DNA of 64,000 nucleotides from Candidatus Sulfomarinibacteraceae bacterium (GTDB taxonomy: Bacteria; Acidobacteriota; Thermoanaerobaculia; Thermoanaerobaculales; Sulfomarinibacteraceae). The notes under the pieces are model-generated. The model was not told the origin of the DNA and made no database searches. It saw only the letters and a list, made by a program, of their open reading frames with translations. The position numbers and the translations under genes are program-made. Positions 62,058 through 64,000 of this stretch are shown here, piece by piece. The stretch lies in the NCBI GenBank assembly GCA_963796455.1, contig CAWCLO010000003.1:1-64000 (forward strand), given 5' to 3'. How positions within the stretch are numbered: the stretch's first letter is position 1; each line of letters opens with the position of its first letter.

Positions 62058-63436
62058 ATGAAAAAGATCATCTTTGCAACCTGCCTGGTCGCCCTCCTGA
62101 CGGCCACACCGGCGTTGGCACAGGCCGATTTCTCCAATTACGTCGCCCTCGGCGACAGCTTGACCGCAGGCTTCGCCTCCGGGTCACTCATGAGCTGGTA
62201 CCAGATGCGGTCCTACCCGGCGATTCTTGCCCAGCAGGGGGAGCTCGACCTTCGAGATGCCATTGGTTTCTGAGCCCGGCTTTCCGCCGATTCTCGAATT
62301 GGTGAGCCTGCAGGGACCGATCATCGCGCCGGTCAGCCTGATTCCAGGTCTTCCGGCCAACGCCGAGTACCCGGGTATCTACAACAACCTCGGGATCCCC
62401 AGCCGCGACTCTCGAAGAGATGATCTTCCAGACCGGTGACATCGGCAATCTGATCCAGGGAAATTTTGATACCGTGATGTTCGATATCGTACTGCGAAAC
62501 GGCATCAGCACCGCACTCGAGCAGGCGATCGTCGCGCAACCGACATTTTTGACCGTCTGGATCGGCAACAACGACATCCTCCCTGCGGGTCTCGCGGCGA
62601 CTCCGATTGACGGCATCACCATGACCCCGGTCGATGTCTTTGCCGCGCTTTATAACAATGCGATCGGTGTGCTGGCGACAAATACCGATGCCGAGATCGT
62701 GCTCATCAACATCCCCGATCGACTCCCCTTCTTTACGACCGTGCCGCCGCTGGTGGAGATACCGGGATTCGGCATCGTACCGCTGATGGCCGACACCGGC
62801 CCGCTCGGCCCCAACGACTGGGTCAATCTTTCGGCCGGCGCACTGATCAACGCGGGCTACGGCCTCCCGGGCGGTCCGCCACTGCCGGACAATCTCGATC
62901 TGTTCACCGGGGCACCCGGATACGTCCTGCGCGAAGCGGAGCAGGACATCATCGAAGACAGGATCGCCGAATACAACGCCGTCATCGCGGCTGCGGCCGA
63001 GACCTATGGCCTGGTGGTCGTCGACGCCAATGCGCTGTTCCGCTCCTGGGCTGGCGATAACCCACCCGAACTCGGAGGTATCACCCTGAACGCCGACTTC
63101 CTGACCGGGGGCATCTTCTCCTACGACGGGATCCACCTCCAGAACATCGGTCAGGCCCTGGTTGCCGACGAGATCATCCGCGTGATCAACACCGAGTTCG
63201 GCGCCCATATCCCACCGGTGGACTTGGTGACCACCCTCTATGAAGGCGACTGGCAGGACCCGGGCGTCGAACCGTATAAAATCGAGGATGTGACCTTTTC
63301 CGAGGAGGCCTTCGAGCAGCTGTACGAGCTCTTCAAACCGAAAACCACCCGTCAGCCGCGCGTCCGCCGGATCGAGGACAGACAACCCGCAGCACCCCAA
63401 CTCCAGACGCGGCGTCGACCGAACGGCACGCCCTGA
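62058..63436 (+). CDS. Secreted GDSL/SGNH lipolytic protein; two frameshifts (~62240, ~62404)
   Basis: YVALGDSLTAG (frame 1), NNLGIP (frame 2), WIGNND and FSYDGIH (frame 3). Confidence 0.85.
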
Positions 63437-63456
63437 GCTCATGTGCATCAGACAAC

Positions 63457-63487
63457 AAACCCGGGCTTCGGCCCGGGTTTTCTTTTT
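63457..63487 (+). terminator. Intrinsic terminator
   Basis: AAACCCGGGC-TTCG-GCCCGGGTTTTCTTTTT. Confidence 0.9.
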
Positions 63488-63554
63488 GCCGGTGCCTGGC
63501 ATCACGAGCACAACGCAATCGGATTCGGGCGGATTGAAAGCTGGGAGACGGAGT

Positions 63555-63628
63555 AACCGCAGATCACGCAGATGAACGCAGATCAACTCGGACTCGACAA
63601 TCTGCGCCTCTCTGCATTTTCTGCGGTT
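63555..63628. repeat. Inverted pair of CGCAGAT nonamer tracts
   Basis: AACCGCAGATCACGCAGATGAACGCAGAT ... ATCTGCGCCTCTCTGCATTTTCTGCGGTT. Confidence 0.85.
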
Positions 63629-63660
63629 GTTAGATTGGAGTGGGCGGGTGGTCTCTCGGG

Positions 63661-63704
63661 CCCCTTTTCTCCCTTTCTCCCTTTCTCCCTTTCTCCCTTT
63701 CTCA
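63661..63704 (-). repeat. GAAAGGGA octamer array starting at the stop of the terminal gene
   Basis: Minus strand TGA GAAAGGGA x4 GAAAAGGGG. Confidence 0.92.
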
Positions 63705-64000
63705 GTGAATGTACTCGTCGTCCTTGCCGCCATCGATCACATCGAATTTGCGTTTTTTCTTCAGACGATCGAGGCGCTTTTGCAGGACAAAGGCCTCGGC
63801 CCTCTTGCGCCAGGTGTGCGCGACCTTACCGGCGCCACCCCGCTGAAAACCGGTGTAGGTCAGGAACACGGCACCGCAGATCCCACAAAACCCTGCAAAA
63901 TCTTTGCTCTCCAGGAATCCGATGAAGGCGAAAAGGATCTCGAGCCACAAAAACCATCGTGCTTTGATTGGCAGCACGAAGAAGAGCAGAATCGTCGCAT
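63702..64000 (-). CDS. C-terminal part of a rhomboid-like membrane protein (truncated by the window edge)
   Basis: ATILLFFVLPIKARW...TM segments...RKFDVIDGG...YIH tail. Confidence 0.65.
   Translation of the reverse strand, partial: ATILLFFVLPIKARWFLWLEILFAFIGFLESKDFAGFCGICGAVFLTYTGFQRGGAGKVAHTWRKRAEAFVLQKRLDRLKKKRKFDVIDGGKDDEYIH

Overview
GC-rich bacterial chromosomal window. The gene repertoire and an unannotated C-terminal domain suggest Acidobacteriota, class Thermoanaerobaculia (inference). From left to right it holds: a bidirectional NAD-linked [NiFe] hydrogenase operon (hoxEFUYH plus maturation protease) behind a nickel ECF transporter (nikL-M-Q-O type); a broken AlgE-like porin and a lipoprotein beta-carbonic anhydrase; an IS481 element; a DASS transporter with four two-component genes and a CNNM/CBS protein; a HypD-type glycyl radical enzyme with activase and PAS-AraC regulator; pentapeptide-repeat, Omp85-like and M14 peptidase genes; a 9-heme cytochrome; pepF; a four-helix-bundle gene; housekeeping genes (THUMP methyltransferase, gloA, pfkA, pyrC); a GH13 enzyme; an OmcA/MtrC-MtrA-MtrB-type porin-cytochrome conduit; MATE-like, ompW, aldo-keto reductase, glutamine synthetase, FadL and GDSL lipase genes. 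The most unusual signals are non-coding. (1) A transposase-less element family bounded by ~20-bp CACT...AGTG inverted termini occurs four times; its fullest copy carries a four-helix-bundle (IVP/Avd-like) gene. (2) Purine/G-rich 7-8-mer tandem arrays start at, or within a few bases of, the stop codon of about ten unrelated genes. About eight single-base frameshifts suggest assembly indel errors or ongoing decay. All calls come from reading the sequence; no searches were run.
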